Shown here: positions 5,836-8,086 of the stretch, in pieces | Layout: each line of letters opens with the position of its first letter | Position numbering within the stretch: the first letter of the stretch is position 1 | Assembly: GCA_018985225.1 (NCBI GenBank) | Contig: JADGIF010000468.1 | Coordinates: forward strand, 1 to 8,086 | DNA length: 8,086 bases | Direction of reading: 5' to 3' | Source of the DNA: Amoeboradix gromovi X-113 | Lineage: Eukaryota > Fungi > Sanchytriomycota | The notes under the pieces: generated by a model | Told to the model about the DNA's origin: nothing | The model's input: only the letters and a program-made list of their open reading frames with translations | Database searches by the model: none | Program-made: the position numbers and the translations under genes

Positions 5836-7902
5836 TTAATTATCTAATTCCTTCAACTCCGCCAAGTATTTCTTCACTTGGGCTATTGCAAGCGTCATGT
5901 TGTGTCCTGGTGCGTAGTATCTTCTCACTATGTTAGAATTACAGTTTTCTCCTCCAAAGTGCTCCATCAAGCTAGTTACTCCGTGAATCTTGCCATAGTT
6001 GTTCTCCAGACACACCACAGGCTTGTCCATTAGTAGTGCTAGTATACTGGCGTGCAGTCTGTCTGTCAAAATCACTTTGTATCCGCAAAACAGTCTATTT
6101 GCTCTGTCCAGACGATACCTAGGAAGCCTATGCTGTTCTTTTGGCTTTCCGTTGTAAAAAGGATTGTTCAACTCCCCCATGTTCTCCAGTTCTTCCAGAT
6201 CGCCCCAATCTATGATATCAAATATTAATCCGCTTTCTCGTAATAGCCACTCATGATCCGACTTGTTACTAGATAAGCTCTCCTCATCCCTCCTCTTCAA
6301 ATACAACACATCCTTATTTGGATCGCATGACGGATCGACATGTCCCAACATAAAGGCACCATCAGGCATTAAATATCGATTTAAGTTTTCAGAAAACTCT
6401 TTGTCCAATATGGTTTTGCTTCTGTTGCTACGCACCGTTAAATGCAAATCACCAAATTCCCTAAACTTCAGAGCATCATCATGCATAATTTCTTCATCCT
6501 CGTAGTAAATACTTTGAGGCAAGAAAATAAGGGTGTTTTTCTTGTATTTATCCATATAGGAAATTCGAAGTTCAGTGGCCCATCGATAGAGATCTCCCCA
6601 GTTGCCTCCCCCATGCATTAGAATTGTGTTGTTTGAGAAGTCATACAAATCAATATTATCTTTACATTCTGTACTTGTGCATGTCGTATCCACAGTGATA
6701 CCCATTCTGCTTAGCGCAAGTTCTTCACCAAGCCAAATTAATGAATCCCCCACGTTTTCATGGTCAGGGGCATCAATAAGAACCACTGACTGATGATAGG
6801 GAATCATGTCTCGTAGAATGCCTGTGTATTGGGCTTGGACAGCAGATATACAGCTTTGTCTACGTATCAAACGTGTTGATTCATCTAATCGCATGGATTT
6901 GCTAAATAAGGGGCTATCTTGTTGGTACGCTTGCAGAATGAAAACACTTGCTAATAGAAGCAATGCAGTGTTCAAAAGCACGGACTGGGATTTGGAAGAA
7001 TTGGGTTTTTTGTTGCTTGCGTTCCTAGGCTTATAAATGCCATACAAACATACCCCGGCATATGCTATGGTTATTCCCAGAATGTTCATCGAGTTCACAG
7101 GGTATTGAAAGTATATCCAGGCATATATAATTGATATAATTCTCTTGAATACATTGGCAATTGCATGGGACACAGCGTGTAGCTCGTTTAGAATCATAAA
7201 GCTCGCTAAGTTGTACATGAAATAGTAAACGCTGGCAAGAAAGAGATGAACAAGATCTGCATTACTCGGGAGCGTAATTCCGAAGAACAGGCTGTATATC
7301 ATTAGCAAAAAAAAGCAACCATACCCCGAAAGTCCAGATAACAGTATGAAGGCTTCAAAAGGTGATAGCTCGCTCTTCTTGAATAATACACTGCGGCAGC
7401 ATGTCACAAATACACTAGCAACGCTAACATACAAAGCAGACCAGCTGAAGCTAACGTCTGTTAATGTGGCTATAGCAACTCCAACCGGAATTGGACATAG
7501 GCTGAGCCATTGTTTCCCATTTAAGCTGGAGTTCAACAAGTACATAGAAAGCAGCCCACTAATGAATGGCTCAAATGCTTTTATGGTGTAGTTGAATTGA
7601 ATGCTACTGTATTTGAATGCGTAACAGGTAAACAATGCATTACATAAATGAAACAAACTTAACTGAACAAAAGGTCGAAACTTACTGTACCTGCTTCCAC
7701 TCATAATTTTGCTCTTGTCGCTTATCAGCTCGTACTTCGATTTTGGGGAGTAAAATGGTAAAAGTATCATGCTAACGAACAAACTACCAAAGCAGGCTAA
7801 AAATATATTATTGCTTTGAAGGAACTGTTTAAGCTGTATGTTACTCAGCGATGTAAAGATGTACCAAACAAGAATCCAGCTAATAAGTTTTAGTGTCTTC
7901 AT
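5836..7902 (-). CDS. Fusion protein: TPT/SLC35E-family phosphate translocator (putative PEP transporter, aa ~1-290), a single transmembrane helix (aa ~308-326), and a polysaccharide pyruvyltransferase domain (aa ~370-660)
   Basis: One uninterrupted 688-aa ORF. N-terminal part is multi-pass, with WY...LSN...K, YTIKA.EPF, PI.VGVAIAT.TD.SF, R.V..KK and YN..SF.IL.....VSHAIANVFKRII.I.....F..PV...N.LG..IA..GV.LY. C-terminal part has D.PDHENVGDSLIWLGE, HGGGNWGDLY, LPQSIYY, VRS..S, PDGAF.LG, RRDEES and TDRLHASIL..L..KP....NNYGKI, typical of Pvg1 and bacterial exopolysaccharide pyruvyltransferases. Confidence 0.9.
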   Translation of the reverse strand: MKTLKLISWILVWYIFTSLSNIQLKQFLQSNNIFLACFGSLFVSMILLPFYSPKSKYELISDKSKIMSGSRYSKFRPFVQLSLFHLCNALFTCYAFKYSSIQFNYTIKAFEPFISGLLSMYLLNSSLNGKQWLSLCPIPVGVAIATLTDVSFSWSALYVSVASVFVTCCRSVLFKKSELSPFEAFILLSGLSGYGCFFLLMIYSLFFGITLPSNADLVHLFLASVYYFMYNLASFMILNELHAVSHAIANVFKRIISIIYAWIYFQYPVNSMNILGITIAYAGVCLYGIYKPRNASNKKPNSSKSQSVLLNTALLLLASVFILQAYQQDSPLFSKSMRLDESTRLIRRQSCISAVQAQYTGILRDMIPYHQSVVLIDAPDHENVGDSLIWLGEELALSRMGITVDTTCTSTECKDNIDLYDFSNNTILMHGGGNWGDLYRWATELRISYMDKYKKNTLIFLPQSIYYEDEEIMHDDALKFREFGDLHLTVRSNRSKTILDKEFSENLNRYLMPDGAFMLGHVDPSCDPNKDVLYLKRRDEESLSSNKSDHEWLLRESGLIFDIIDWGDLEELENMGELNNPFYNGKPKEQHRLPRYRLDRANRLFCGYKVILTDRLHASILALLMDKPVVCLENNYGKIHGVTSLMEHFGGENCNSNIVRRYYAPGHNMTLAIAQVKKYLAELKELDN

Positions 7903-8009
7903 CTACTTGATGTTGAGAAAATGCGAAATCAAAGTATATAATGAAAATCTATCCAATCATGTTGGCCCTATGAACATCAAGCATCTAATTGGTACAAACC
8001 AGTGTGATT

Positions 8010-8086
8010 GAGTTGTTCACAACAATCACCAACAAAAATAATGCTTCCGAAAGCCTGACCTAAGAGCGTTAACAAGGGATACCTGC
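8010..8086 (+). repeat. Exact 77-bp direct copy of 4043..4119 (internal ALG11 sequence) at the window end
   Basis: GAGTTGTTCACAACAATCACC...AACAAGGGATACCTGC is identical at both sites. The preceding bases differ (A4042 vs T8009). Confidence 0.97.

Noticed and set aside
2310-7591. Short ORFs in the track: 2310..2504, 3189..3413, 3752..3991, 4237..4431, 4580..4828, 6263..6505, 6602..6793, 6806..7036, 7346..7591
   Set aside because: All are antisense or alternative-frame shadows of well-supported genes and have no motifs.
1-8086. CRISPR array, tRNA or rRNA genes, reassigned stop codons, prokaryotic or giant-virus origin
   Set aside because: No spaced repeats or RNA-gene signatures were seen. 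All four genes read fully in the standard code and end in TAA. ALG11, DPH1 and an SLC35-type transporter together indicate a eukaryotic nuclear genome.

Overview
AT-rich, gene-dense, apparently intron-free eukaryotic DNA. The compact layout suggests an early-diverging fungus or a protist, but the taxon cannot be fixed from sequence alone. Four intact genes: a membrane-anchored GH114 (Ega3-like) glycoside hydrolase homologue whose two catalytic positions look substituted (1706..2491 +), ALG11 mannosyltransferase (3122..4411 -), DPH1 (4553..5671 -), and a 688-aa fusion of a TPT/SLC35E-type phosphate translocator with a polysaccharide pyruvyltransferase (5836..7902 -), i.e. a probable PEP importer joined to the enzyme that uses PEP. 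The ORF-free left end (~190..690 +) holds a frameshifted remnant of a Fanzor/TnpB RNA-guided nuclease, followed by two hairpins that could be a leftover omegaRNA scaffold. The last 77 bases (8010..8086) are an exact copy of 4043..4119 inside ALG11, pointing to a duplication or an assembly-graph loop.
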